From: Eledone cirrhosa
Taxonomy: Eukaryota
Reading direction: 5' to 3'
NCBI GenBank assembly: GCA_964016885.1
Contig: OZ024743.1
Location: 195,300,001-195,364,000 of the forward strand
DNA length: 64,000 bases
A program made the position numbers and the translations under genes. Positions 26,984-41,092 of this stretch are shown piece after piece; the stretch's first letter is position 1, and the number at the start of each line of letters is the position of its first letter. Below the pieces are notes generated by a model, which was given only the letters and a program-made list of their open reading frames with translations, had not been told where the DNA came from and did not search any database.

Positions 26984-29062
26984 ATGGCTATGATGAATTT
27001 TCATACGTCACTCCCACTCATTCCGTCTTCTTCTTCCTCAATCGTCACTACAGCAGAGAGAAGATTGTCTCTCTCCCTCCCTTCTCTTTCGCAAGCGACG
27101 CCAGAAAAGAAAAATCACGTGCAAAGCGTGCAAGATTTCTCCACGACGACGAAAAAGGTGTGCGGGAAATACGAAAACCCATTTCATTCGTCTGAGGTCA
27201 GGAATAATAGCAGTAGCAGCCGTAATAACAGCAGCAGTAGCAACAGTGACAAGGAAAACAACAGCAGCAGCATAAACAACAACAGCATTAGCAGCAACAG
27301 CAACAACAACAGCAGCAACAGCAACAACAACAACAAACACAGCAACAGCGGCGGCGGCGGCGGCAGTCGTAGTACCTGCAGCAACAACAAAAGTAACAGC
27401 AGCTCTGACGACAACAATAACAACAGCAGCAAAGAAAAACTAATCTCGTTTGCAGGTATCGCAAAGAACCTTGAAACCATCCTCATAACAAATGAGGAAT
27501 TAGAGGAAGCGAAGAAGATGGTGACGAAAACCGGACACCGAGCAATCTGCAAAGCAGCCGAACAATTTTTCGAAATCCAACAGCACTGTACGGTCACGTA
27601 CCGTCCAGTAAGTACAAAATCCCGTAGGGTTCAAAGAGCCACAGAGGCTCAAATACAAAAAGCCTTAGGGTCCGTGTGGCAGCGGAAAACGCACATCACC
27701 CGAGGCAAGAAATATGCCACCGTAGACGTGCTTTTTGCCACACCCCAGGAGGCAAAGGCTCAATCCGTAGTGACCCTAAGGAGTGAGGAAATGGTGTTGG
27801 TGCCCTCCTACTGCGGGCAAAAAATTGTGAGGGTCAAACTGACCCACGTCCCCCCCCCCCCGGGATGGCTCCTTCTTGGCTGGCCGCGTCTGTCCTCGTC
27901 GGAATCGACGACAAAACAACTGTACTGCAAGTACAGAAAAAAGTAAGAGAAGATTGGGTCGGCACCTCCATTGAGATGTTAATCCAAACCAACCAGGAGT
28001 GCATCGAAGCTATCCTGGATGTGATAGACTTCGATAACGGCACTCAACTGCCCATAAGTGTTGAGGGCAAACGCCCGAAATGCTTTCGCTGTGGATCAAA
28101 GACTCACCTCAGGGCCTTCTGCAACGAGAAGACCCTGAGAAAGGAGAACCCCCCCCCCCCTCTTTCCGAAACCGGCTCCACGGCTACCAGCAACAGGACA
28201 AGCGGCAACCAGGAACGATAGGTCCGTGGCACCCCACGCCACGGAAATCAAATACAGCAGCAGCAGTGGAAGAATTAACAACAACAACAGTAATACCAAA
28301 TGCAGCTGCAACAGAGACTCCAGTGCAAACATCACCAACAACAACAAGTGAAAGAGTGGAGCTGGTACCCCTCCCCGACCTCACAGAATCAGACATGGAG
28401 TGTGAGGTGGGAGAGGGATGACAAAATGTCGTAAGAAGGCACAAACGCAGAAGCAGCCCATCGTCGCCTTCGAAAAGGGAGGAAAGAAATGAAAAAAGGG
28501 TAAAGGCTACTGCAAAGAGACTCTCAGCAGCAACACCACCAACACCATCACCACCCACACTAGCACTACCATCACCATCGGCGACAATCCAACCGCCAAC
28601 AACAACAACACCTTCAACACTACCACCACAAGCACCAACATCGCAAACACAACAACAAAACACACATACCCAGCAACAACAAGAAAATAGCAGAACCACA
28701 ACCCCCCGGGGAAAAACAAATGCACGGCAATAAATACACACAACTAGAAACTAATGACTTACATAATTGAACACACAGACATTTCACAACACGACTACAT
28801 AATACCAGCACCAATCAAAACGCCAACTAACATAAGACTGCTAAAAATAGCACAGAAACAATACACAAACATTAAAACGAAATTCCCCAACGCAGTTGGT
28901 GATTTCAGGGACGTAGGAGGAACTATCAATCGAAGAGTATATTCGGATATACTCATAGAAGAGCCGACGACCCACCGAAGGGACGATTCAACGGTCCCTT
29001 CACCAGACGATCAAGTGAAAAGGGATGTAAAAACCATCCCTCCTCTACGAAAAGTACGGTAA
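26984..29062 (+). pseudogene. Tx1-like ORF1 (gag-like nucleic-acid-binding protein), frameshifted
   Basis: S/N low-complexity tract, CFRCGSKTHLRAFC (CCHC) knuckle and T/P-rich tail. Frame breaks at poly-C runs near 27850 and 28150. Confidence 0.75.
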
Positions 29063-29097
29063 GTGGTCTTTCCCATCTTTTCCACTCTATTCTAAAC

Positions 29098-32000
29098 ATG
29101 ACCTCACTCAGAATAGGCAGCATAAATGCGCGTGACTTGGGGTCGTCATGGAAGCAGGGTCACCTGCTCAACGACCTCAGGTCACTAAACATAGATGTAG
29201 TGGCCATCAGCGAGACCAGAATCTCTGAAGCACGGGCCTTCGCACCGATCTTCGGCGGCTACGATGTGTACGCATCTCCCAGCCGTCCTGGATCGGGGGG
29301 AGGGAGGAGTTGCTGTGCTTTTTCGGAGAGGTTTGGATCTCGCCATACGGGCCATCTTCCTGGACCCAGAGGGTAAGCTGGTGGTGCTGGACGTGACCAG
29401 CGGAGACGGGCAAGCTTTCAGGCTAGTGGCCGTCTATGCCCCGACAGGAGCAGGGCGGCCTGATTTCTTCCGGCGTCTGGAGACCTTTCTTGGAACGTTC
29501 CGCTCTTTAGTGTTAGTGGGAGACTGAAACGGGATCTTAGATGCACGCTGGGACTGTGTGGGATTAGCGGATAGGGGAGAAGGGTGCAAGAGCCTCACCA
29601 ACCTGCTCAGGCGTTTTGAACTGTCTGACAGGTACCGATTGGATTTCCCGAATGTACCAATGTGGACTTGAACAAATCGCATAGAGTCATCCAGATCATA
29701 TCTAGATAGAGTAATTTGTAGGGAAATAGATAGGTCTAGCATAGGCTGTCCACAATTGTAGATAGTCAGCTACACGGACCACAAATTCGTGATATGTGTT
29801 CTTGAATTAGATACGCTTCATAGACGAGGACCCGGCTACTGGAAGCTAAACGTGTCCTTACCAGCGCGCAAGGCCTACAGAGACCGGATTAGCGAACTAG
29901 TTAAGCGGGCGTTGACGGGGGCCATCGTCAACAACAAGTGGTGGTTTGCTCTGAAAAGAGCGATTAGAATAGAATCCATTAGGTTTAGTAAGGCTTTAGC
30001 AATAGAGAAAAATAGAGCAGAGGGAGAACTAGTTAGAAAATTAGACGAGGTGCTTAGCAAAGGCACTGCGACCGACGTGCTTGCGGCGAAATTGGCCCTT
30101 GACCAATTCCTCAATGCAAAGCACGAAGGCTGCGTTGTCAGAGCAAGGGTGCGTCCTCTCAGACACGAGGGGACGAAAGCCGTTCAATGGGCCCGAGTGG
30201 CGGAGGCGCGTCGTGGCAACACATCCACGATCCGGTCTTTGGTGGACCACGACGGACGCATGCTACTCGATCCCGTGTAAATGTGTGAAGCTTTTCAGCG
30301 ACACTTCGCTCAGCTGTTCGGGGGCAGCGGTGAGCCGGGTCAAGGGATGGACTTTAGTGTCTACCTCGACGGACTGCTGCGGCTCTCGGCCACTGAGGCG
30401 CAGTGTTGCGAAAAGCCGATAACAGCCGCTGAAGTAAGGGAGGCAATGACTGGCTGCACAAGGGGTAAATCGCCTGGTTTGGATGGTCTGCCCTATGAAC
30501 TTTACGTACGTACAGATGCCAGACTTGTTCGGAGGCCTCTTGGCGGACGTCTACTACAACTGGCAATAGAACGGGAGAATTCCCATTTCTGTGAGTCGAG
30601 GAGCGGTGGCACTGATGAGAAAGGATCCGAACAAGGGGGATAACATAGATAACTTCCGGCCCATAACTCTGCTAAACACAGAGTTCAAGATTTTGGCCAA
30701 GGTGCTAGCAAAGAGGTTGGTGCTTGTCGTTGGTGGTCTGGTGGGAGGGGCGCAGACATGCGCCATTCCCGACAGATCCATCCACGACAACCTCCACCTC
30801 ATGCGATACATCGTAGAGAGGGTAGCTAGGGAACCTGGCACGGGTGGGTCCTTGATCAATTTAGACCAGTCGAAAGCTATCGATAGGGTCGACAATAGTT
30901 ATCCTAGCGGCAGTCCTGAGGGCGGCTGGCTTTGGGCCCGTCTTCAGAGGATGGATCGCTGTGGTGAGAGTGAACGGTCACCTTTCGGAACCGTTCAACA
31001 TCATGCGCTCGGTCCGCCAAGGATGTCCCCTCTCGTCCCTATTGTACGTATTGACTCTCGAGCCATTACTGCATAAATTGGAGACGTTGAGGGGGATCCC
31101 GCGCGAACTAGGATGCGGAAGATCCGTGTCAGCATATGCCGACGAGTCACCGTAGTGGTGTCGAACGCCAAACACATCGAAGCGATCGGCACTACACTAA
31201 GAGAATACGAAGCGGTGACAGGAGCAATGATCAACCAGGAAAAGTCAGTGGGCCTGCAGCTCGGCACCTGGAGAGGCAGGTCCATGCCGTCCAACAGCTT
31301 CGTCGGGCGCTGGACAGACGGACCGATTAAATTGCTAGGGGTCTGGTTCGGTCCAGACCTCCAGACGGACAAAAACTGGGACGAGGTGACGAGCAGGGTG
31401 GCTTCTCTCACCCAGAAATGGGCCGAGAGGAAGCTATCCCTGAAAGGTCGAGCGGAGGTGGCTAACGCGTACATCGCGTCCGTCATCTACTACCGCCTGA
31501 CCGTCGTACCTTGTCCTAAGCCCCGCCTGACTGCGCTGGAGCGTTTGCTCTTTCGCTTTTTGTGGAAGGGACGCGCTCCGATTGTCTGGCGGTCCATCTG
31601 CTGTCAACACCCGCTACGTGGAGGGCTGGGAATGCCGTGGCTGATGATGTGCAGACACGCGCTCAGGCTACGACATCTCCACCTCTTCCTCGACGGTGAT
31701 CAGGTGTGGTCGCCGTTTGCTCGACACGTATTTCCCAAGCTCGTTTCCTTGACGGAGCTGCAGTCCTGGGTCAAGCGAAGACCGAGAGGGACCGCTTGGA
31801 GACTGGAATGTCTTCAGGCGCTCACAGCCCTCCACCTATCGGGCAATGTGATCGGTGGAAACTCCACCTTGGCGTTCTATAGGGGATTAGTGGAGGGGAA
31901 GAGCGACGACGTACTTGGAGAAACTCTAGGCGTCGACAAAAATCAACTAGCCAATCTCTTCGGAAGGACTTTCGGACCGGGGCCTATGGACAACTTCCAG

Positions 32001-32500
32001 AAATCCCTGGCCTGGCAGTGCTACCGGGGTGCTTTGCCAGTTCGGGATAAACTTTACAGGCATGGAGGTGCCGTCAGCCGGGCATGTCCGAGATGCGCGC
32101 AGGGCGACGAACCGTCCTGCACGCACTCGTCCAGTGTCCGAGCATTGCTGACTTGTGGGTTTATGTCGAACACCTGCTGTCACGTGTAGGACGGATCCAG
32201 CTATCAGCTGAGTCCATCGTGAGGATTGCCCCGCCCTCTTCCTTTAGCCGGGAAGGGCAGGCAGTTTTTATCTGTCTGGTGGCCATGGCTAAAGAGATAG
32301 TATGGTGGACACGTTTGAAAGTTCTGAAGACGAGCACTTACCTCTTCGGTGATGCCCTGATTAACTTTTTCAAATTTCATCTGAAAAGGAAAATCAGGGT
32401 AGAGAGGGAAGTGCTCTCTTCCCAGCAGTTTGTTGAAAGATGGGTGAGAGAAGCAAGTATGGCCCGAATGAATGGGCCTTCTCTGAGTATGTGTCTGTAA
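29098..32500 (+). pseudogene. Tx1-like ORF2 (apurinic-like endonuclease + RT + C-terminal zinc finger), several stops and frameshifts
   Basis: MTSLRIGSINARDL, ISETR, VYAP, LVGD, YLDR, TDH, GPGYWKLN, KSPGLDGLP, NFRPITLLN, RQGCPLS, AYAD, CPRC..E...H...C. Confidence 0.9.
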
Positions 32501-32742
32501 ATTAAAGGTGGAAAACTGGGAGAGGGCACTTGCCCTGGTGGTCAGGGCCACTGTGGTCTTTTAATGGGCTTTCTCCACAAATGTCCCTCGGAAGTCTCCC
32601 CCCTATTGGGCAATTTTTCTTCGTTATTTTATTTCATCCTCTGTTTTTTTACACGCAGAAATGCCCATTTGAACCGTCCTGTATTGTCCTGTACTGTCCT
32701 TAATGTCTACTTTATGTAAACCCTTGTGGTTAATAAAGAAAA

Positions 32743-32803
<61 letters not shown>

Positions 32804-32804
<1 letters not shown>

Positions 32805-33410
32805 CTTGAATCTCAGTCATTGATGTTAGTTAACTGGAAAGTCCGTAGGAATGAATATCAAGCCACTACCTGCAGCCTCAGATATTCAGGACGTATCGGA
32901 GGGTTCTTGCTGTTCCCAGCAGGCATGCCTTTTGAAGCGTTCCAAAAAGCGTGAAGGGGCCGATTTTCTTTAATCATCCCTGGAAACTTTTGGAGATAGT
33001 CCCCAGTGCGCCTATGACAATCAGGATCACTTTGACTTCATGGCAGTTCCAAATCCTTTTTACCTCCCACTTTAAGTCCTGGTATCGGTTAATTTTCTCC
33101 CTCTCCTTCTCCTGCACTCTCGTGTCGAATGGGCAGGCCACATCCACAATCAGACACGATCTTTTTTCTTTGTCCACAACCACCAGGTCAGGTCTATTGT
33201 GTTCCAGTTTCTTGTCCGTCTGTATCCTAAAATCCCACAGCATCTTCACCTGATCGTTCTCCATCGCCGCCTCTGGCTTATGCTCATACCATTTCTCAGA
33301 ATGTGGTAAATTGTTTACTTTGCCCAGGTGCCAGTGGATCACCCTGCCCATCACATCATGTCTCCAGCCCTTATAGTGGGTCTGGGCTAGGTGTTTACAC
33401 TCGGATACAA
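32804..33410 (-). mobile_element. Family A copy A5: 3' (non-inverted) part of the inverted insertion
   Basis: Encodes VSECKHL through the RLE to the 3' UTR and (TAA)n tail. Joins directly to the + strand segment with no microsatellite between. Confidence 0.92.
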
Positions 33411-36400
33411 GTTTTGAATTTTTAACATACTTAAATCTTTTGTGAAATAGCAACTCTTAGTACAAATGCTACGTAAAGCATCCGGCTTGAGCCCCCAAAA
33501 AATTCGGACCCAAAATATATTGTTATAAGGCTCAAATATTCAAATATTCAACTTTGTATTGTACATTGTATATTCAAAAAAGAAAATGGCTATAAATGGA
33601 AGAAGAAGAACCCCCCCCCCTCCTCTGTCTACACTATATAGAACAGCTAAACAACACCAATCTTACCAACACCAGAAGCTAGATACACCACCTACCCCAT
33701 CACCTCTCTGTGTACACTAAACACAACAGCCAGATAACGGCAATTTCACCACCACCACAACCAATCTCAACATAATAATGATAATAATAAATACTATTAT
33801 TATTGTCCCAAGTTTTAAAAAAATATTTAATCCCAACATTAAGGGAATTTATGTCAACACATATACGCGACTAACCCCATAGATTCACCGAACGGACATC
33901 AGTAACGACAACGCCGCCCATCCATCATTACTACCACTATCCCATCACCGCCGCCACCACTCCTTCATTGCTACCACCGCTACAACATCATCACTACAGT
34001 AATACGATCACATCACCACCACCACTGCCTCAGTATCGACATCACCACCACCACTGTCTCAGTATCGCTACCGCCGCTATTCTCTCCCATTGCTTCCTGC
34101 TAGTTGCTGCCACCACATTATAGAATTCCTACTAAAAAAGAGGAAGGCATCAACATATATAGATAGACTCAAAAGAAAAAAGAAAAAACAAACACCAAAA
34201 CCAAAGCAGCACAGCAACAATAGCAAAAAAAGAGAAAAACAAAAACAAAAAAATAAAACGTAAAGAAAATAAGAATGAAGAGGGAAACAAGCGGACGGAC
34301 AGAGAAGAGAAGGGAAAAACTAAGTCAGACATTCGAACACTACATTACAATGAAACTTATGCTTATTCATTTTTTGGGTTTTTTCTGCCTGTGTTTGTTT
34401 GTTTATTTGTGTTCGTCTACAGCGTGGTGATAATGCCACACAAGAGCCAAGTGGAGCGGCGCAACCACCGGAGACGGTGAATCCACCGGAGACGGTGAAT
34501 CCACAGATGGTTATGTAACCATACATTCGCCAATCCTCGATAAGAGTGTTTAAATATCGAACCTAAACAGTTCGAATAACGCTGAAGTGGAGACTAGAAC
34601 GTCATGTGACAGACTCTCACCCAACAGGTGCTCCCTGGCTCAGCAGCAGGAACCTGACTCTCAACCAAATACTGCTGGTGTCGGAGGAAGAAGAAGAAGG
34701 AAAGGGACCAGAACCAACTGGACGAAAGAATTGAATAGAACTGTTATGCAATGTTACCTGAAAAGTAACCCCAAGGAGAGGGGCTATAGGAGACGGATGC
34801 ATAACATCTGGAACGAGATTGGTCTATTTAAATTAGATGAATAAAAATTGGCCGGGCAGGCTCGGGTAATAAGAACTAATGGTTGAATAAGCGAGCTGGA
34901 ACTGGAGGAACTGAGCAGAGAGATTAGCTTGGAGATGGAGGGTGGAGTATGCCAGGCAAACGAGCCAGTGGGAAATGAAGGTGAAGAGGTCGAGAGAACG
35001 GAGGAACCACCCGAAGCAGACAATGATCTGAATACTGAGATAAATAATACCTGGAACAGAGATACGGCCACTGAGGAGATGAATGATTTACGGGCTAGGA
35101 CAAGATTCGGTTGACATCCTAAATTTAGTGGTAGATGAATTGAACAATGATAGTGGGAGACCTATGAACCTAAGATTTGTAGACAGGAAAAAGTTAAAAG
35201 AAACAACAGCTAAGGTAAACAAAGTCATCCCATACCTTGAGGCGAGGAGCCTTCACCAGTGCAACAATATCCTCAAAGCAACAGCAAATACGGTGAGGAA
35301 ACTACTTGGTATAAAAGCGAGAAGAAACAACAGACAAGAAAGAGCAGAGCCTTGGTGAAAGAAACGACTGAGTGGTCAAATCAGGGAAATGAGAAATTAC
35401 ATTGGAAAGCTTGAGTCACTACTGAATGGGACACTAAAAAACATAGGCACTAAAAATAGACTGAAAATAAAGTACAAAACTAGGAGGAAAAAGCTAAATA
35501 TTATCATAGAGGAACTGAAGCAACGCATTGTAGCAAAGAGTGCAAAAATCAGGCGATACGAGAACAGAGTCAGTCAGTATAAACAGAACCGCATGTTCGA
35601 CAACAACCAGAAGATGCTGTTTGGACAACTTGAGGGGAAAGAAAGAGTCAACGACTTGATCCCTGAGGCGGAACAAACTAAAACATTCTGGAGAGGAATA
35701 TGGGAGCAGGATGTTAGACATAATGACCAGGCAGGGTGGATTGAGACAGTACAGAGGAAGATCGGTGAGCAGGCACACCAACAAACTGATTTGAGTATCA
35801 CAGTTGAAACTCTTAAGGGGCAGGCCAAAAAACTAACCAAACTGGAAATCACCAGACCTAGATGGTGTGCAGGGGTATTGGATTAAAAATTTAACATCCC
35901 TCCACCCGAAGCTGACAACCATGTTCAATGACTGCTTGATGTCAGGTGAGGTACCAGAGTGGTTGACAAAAGGTACCACAGTTCTGATAATGAAAGACCG
36001 AATCAAGGGTAATGATGTTACCAACTATAGACCTATCACATGTCTGTCCTTAATATGGAAACTGTTGACGAGCATTGTGTCTGAGGAAATCTACCATCAC
36101 ATGCACACAAACAACTTGTTACCGGACGTACAGAAAGGATGCCGAAAGAAGTCACGTGGTAAAAAGGACCAGTTACTTATTGATAAGATGGTAATGGGGA
36201 ATTGCAGGAGGAGACACACTGATCTTGCCATGGGATGGATAGACTACAGAAAGGCATTTGACATGGTGCCTCATTCTTGGATCACCAAAAGCCTGGAGAT
36301 CTTCAAGGTGGCAGATAACATCAGACAGTTGCTGGGCAGGAGTATGAGGTCCTGGAAAACAGAGTTGACATCCACTGGAGAATCCTTGGGAAGCGTGAAG

Positions 36401-37425
36401 ATCAAGAGAGGTATCTTCCAGGGAGATAGCCTGTCCCCTCTGTTGTTTGTCCTTGCCCTGATGCCCCTGACCATTATGCTGCGAAAAGTGAGAGCAGGAT
36501 ACAAGTTGGGAAATGGAGAGCTTACCATCAATAACCTCCTCTTCATGGACGATCTTAAGCTCTTCGGGAAGAGTGAGAAGGGGTTGGATGTGCTTGTTGA
36601 CACTGTCCGTATTTTCAGCAGTGATATATGTATGCAGTTTGCTATTAGTAAATGTGGAGTCATTGTGAAGAGGAGGGGTAGGTTGAGCAGAAGTAACGGA
36701 ATCCAGATACCAACAGGTGAGATGATAAAGGAAATTGACTCTGAGGAAGGATACAAGTATTTGGGCGTTCTGGAGGCTGATGGCATAAAGAACAAAAAAA
36801 TGAAGGAATTGTTAAGAACTGAATACATTCGGAGAGTAAGGAGCGTATTGAAGTCACATCTGAACAGCAGAAATGCCATAAGCGCAGTAAATTCCCGAGC
36901 TGTGTCTATTATTAGGTACAGTGCGGGAATTCTGAGATGGAATGTTGCTGAACAAAAAGAAATGGATAGGAAGACTAGGAAGCTATTGTCTATCTACAAC
37001 ATGTTCCACAAGAGGAGTGATGTCGATAGACTCTACCTAAGGAGATCTGAGGGTGGAAGAGGTCTTATCAGCATAGAGAACTGTGTTCAGATTGAGAAAA
37101 ACAACCTACACAAATACGTGACTGATAGTAAGGAGCCAATGCTCAGAACTGTACTGAAGGAGGGGACAATAGGCCAGGGGATGTCCAAGGAGGAAATAAC
37201 ATCGAGGAGAAAGAGCAGCCTTCAGGAAAAATCCCTTCATAGTACCTTCTTTGAGAAAACTGAATTTAGAGATCCACAGACATGGAACTGGTTGAGAAGA
37301 GGAAACCTCAAAAAGGCTACAGTAGGAATGTTAATGGCTGCGCAGGAGCAGGCCCTCAAAACGAAGTGGTTGAAACACCATATTTACAAGGAGGAGGCTA
37401 GCCCACTGTGCAGGATCTGTGGAGA
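33409..37425 (+). mobile_element. Family A copy A5: inverted 5' part (1.2-kb leader + decayed ORF up to CRICGE)
   Basis: Leader 33409-34586; ORF from 34587 (GTG in place of ATG) with stops and frameshifts; RT in 35867-37425; ends abruptly at (ATT)n. Confidence 0.92.
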
Positions 37426-37458
<33 letters not shown>

Positions 37459-37470
37459 GTTATTGCTATT

Positions 37471-37873
37471 CCTTGAATCTCAGTCATTGATGTTGGTTAA
37501 CTGGAAAGTCCGTTGGATTGAATATCAAGCCACTACCTGCAGCCTCAGATATTCAGGACGTATCGGAGGGTTCTTGCTGTTCCAAGCAAGCATGCCTTTT
37601 GAAGCGTTCCAAAAAGCGTGAAGGGGCCGATTTTCTTTAACCATCCCTGGAAACCTTTGGAGATAGTCCCCAGTGCGCCTATGACAATCGGGATCACTTT
37701 GACTTGATGGCAGTTCCAAATCCTTTTCACCTCCCACTTTAGGTCCTGGTATCGGTTAATTTTCTCCCTCTCCTTCTCTTGCACTCTCGTGTCGAACGGA
37801 CAGGCCACATCCACAATCAGGCACGATCTTTTTTCTTTGTCCACAACCACCAGGTCAGGTCTATTGTGTTCCA
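37471..37873 (-). mobile_element. Family A copy A6, 5'-truncated (~400 bp)
   Basis: EHNRPDL...LRYVLNI plus 3' UTR, between (TAA)n tracts. Confidence 0.95.
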
Positions 37874-37880
37874 ATTATTA

Positions 37881-37927
<47 letters not shown>

Positions 37928-37936
37928 GTTGTTATT

Positions 37937-40900
37937 CCTTGAATCTCAGTTATTGATGTTGGTTAACTGGAAAGTCCGTTGGAATGAATATCAAGCCACT
38001 ACCTGCAGCCTCAGATATTCAGGACGTATCGGAGGGTTCTTGCTGTTCCCAGCAAGCATGCCTTTTGAAGCGTTCCAAAAAGCGTGAAGGGGCCGATTTT
38101 CTTTAACCATCCCTGGAAACTTTTTGTGATAGTCCCCAGTGCGCCTATGACAGTCGGATCACTTTGACTTCATGGCAGTTCCAAATCCTTTTCACCTCCC
38201 ACTTTACGTCATGGTATCGGTTAATTTTCTTCCTCTCCTTCTCTTGCACTCTCGTGTCGAAAGGGCAGGCCACATCCACAATCAGACACGATCTTTTTTC
38301 TTTGTCCACAACCACCAGGTCAGGTCTATTGTGTTCCAGTTTTTTGTCCGTCTGTATCCTAAAATCCCACAGCACCTTCACCTGATTGTTCTCCATCACC
38401 GCCTCTGGCCTATGCACATACCATTTCTCAGAATCTGGTAAATTGTTTACTTTGCACAGGTGCCAGTGAATCACCCTGCCCATCACATCGTGTCTCCAGC
38501 CCTTATAGTGGGTCTGGGCTAGGTGTTTACACTCGGACACAATGTGAGCCACAGTCTCCTCTCTCTCTCCACAGATCCTGCACAGTGGGCTAGCCTCCTC
38601 CTTGTAAATATGGTGCTTCAACCACTTCGTTTTGAGGGCCTGCTCCTGCGCAGCCATTAGCATTCCTTCTGTAGCCGTTTTGAGGTCTCCTCTTCTCAAC
38701 CAGTTCCATGTCTGTGGATCTCTAAATTCAGTTTTCTCAAAGAAGGTACTATGAAGGGATTTTCCCTTAAGGCTGCTCTTCCTCCTTGATGTTATTTCCT
38801 CCTTGGACATCCCCTGGCCTACTGTCCCCTCCTTCAGTACAGTTCTGAGCATTGGCTCCTTACTATAGGTCACGTATTTGTATAGGTTGTTTTTCTCCAT
38901 CTGAACACAGTCCTCTATGCTGATAAGATCTCTTCCACCCTCAGATCTCCTTAGGTAGAGTCTATCGACATCACTCCTCTTGTGGAACATGTTGTAGATA
39001 GTCAATAGCTTCCTAGTCTTCCTATCCATTTCTTTTTGTTCAGCAACATTCCATCTCAGAATTCCCGCACTGTACCTAATAATAGACACAGCTCGGGAAT
39101 TTACTGCGCTTATGGCATTTCTGCTGTTCAGATGTGACTTCAATACGCTCCTTACTCTCCGAATGTATTCAGTTCTTAACAATTCCTTCATTTTTTTGTT
39201 CTTTATGCCATCAGCCTCCAGAACGCCCAAATACTTGTATCCTTCCTCAGAGTCAATTTCCTTTATCATCTCACCTGTTGGTATCTGGATCCCGTTACTT
39301 CTGCTCAACCTACCCCTCCTCATCTCAATGACTCCACATTTACTAATAGCAAACTGCATACATATATCACTGCTGAAAATACGGACAGTGTCAACAAGCA
39401 CATCCAACTCCTTCTCACCTTTCCCGAAGAGCTTAAGATCGTCCATGAAGAGGAGGGGATTGATGGTAAGCTCTCCCTTTCCCAACTTGTATCCTGCTCT
39501 CACTTTTCGCAGCATAATGGTCAAGGGCATCAGGGCAAGGACAAACAACAGAGGGGACAGGCTATCTCCCTGGAAGATACCTCTCTTGATCTTCACGCTT
39601 CCCAAGGATACTCCAGTTGATGTCAACTCTGTCTCCCAGGACCCCATACTCCTGCCCAGCAACTGTCTGATGTTATCTGCCACCCTGAAGATCTCCAGAC
39701 TTTTGGTGATCCAAGAATGAGGCACCATGTCAAATGCCTTTCTGTAGTCTATCCATCCCATTGCAAGATCAGTGTGTCTCCTCCTGAAATTCCCCATTAC
39801 CATCTTATCAATAAGTAACTGGTCCTTTGTACCACGTGACTTCTTTCGGCATCCTTTCTGTTCGTCCGGTAACAAGTTGTTTGTGTGGAGGTGATGGTAG
39901 ATTTCCTCAAACACAATGCTCGTCAACAGTTTCCACATTACGGACAGACATGTGATAGGTCTATAGTTGGTAACATCAATACTCTTGATTCGGTCTTTCA
40001 TTATCAGAACTGTGGTACCTTTTGTCAACCACTCTGGCACCTCACCCGACACCAAGCAGTCATTGAACATGGTCGTCAGCTTCGGGTGGAGGGATGTTAA
40101 ATTTTTAATCCAATACCCCTGCACACCATCTGGGCCTGGTGATTTCCAGTTGGTTAGTTTTTTGGCCTGCCCCTTAAGAGTTTCAACTGTGATACTCAAA
40201 TCAGTTTGTTGGTGTGCCTGCTCACCGATCTCCCTCTGTACTGTCTCAATCCACCCTGCCTGGACATTATGTCTAACATCCTGCTCCCATATTCCTCTCC
40301 AGAATGTTTTAGTTTGCTCCGCCCCATCGATCAAGTCGTTGCCTCTTTCTTTCCCCTCAAGCTGTCCAAACAGCATCTTCTGGTTGTTGTCGAACATGCG
40401 GTTCTGTTTATACTGACTGACTCTGTTCTCGTATCGCCTGATTTTTGCACTCTTTGCTACAATGCGTTGCTTCAGTTCCTCTATGATAATATTTAGCTTT
40501 TTCCTCCTAGTTTTGTACTTTATTTCCAGTCTATTTTTAGTGCCTATGTTTTTTAGTGTCCCATTCAGTAGTGACTCAAGCTTTCCTATGTCATTTCTCA
40601 TTTCCCCGATTTGACCACTCAGTCGTTTCTTCCACCACGGCTCTGCTCTTTCTTGTCTGTTGTTTCCTCTCGCTTTTATACCAAGTAGTTTCCTCACCGT
40701 ATTCGCTGTTGCTTTGAGGATATTGTTGCACTGGTGAAGGCTCCTCGCCTCAAGGTATGGGATGACTTTGTTTACCTTAGCTGTTGTTTCTTTTAACTTT
40801 TTCCTGTCTACAAATCTTAGGTTCATAGATCTCCCACTATCATTGTTCAATTCATCTACCACTAAATTTAGGATGTCAACCGAATCTTTCCCTAGCCCGT

Positions 40901-41092
40901 CAGCATTCATCTCCTCAGTGGCCGTATCTCTGTTCCAGGTATTATTTATCTCAGAATTCAGATCATTGTCTGCTTCCGGTGGTTCCTCCGTTCTCAGGAC
41001 CTCTTCACCTTAATTTCCCACTGGCTCGCTTGTCTGGCATACTACACCCGCCATCTCCAAGCCATTCTCTCTGCTCAGTTCCTCCAGTTCCA
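37937..41092 (-). mobile_element. Family A copy A7, 5'-truncated, with 921-aa ORF (40910-38145)
   Basis: Complete RT, knuckle and most of the RLE in one frame; frameshift near 38156; (TAA)n flanks. Confidence 0.95.

Larger units (their letters stand above)
26768..32743 (+). mobile_element. Tx1/L1-clade non-LTR retrotransposon, full length, decayed
   Basis: Two ORFs (gag-like and APE-RT-zinc finger), AATAAA at 32732, and (TTA)n immediately on both sides. Confidence 0.9.
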
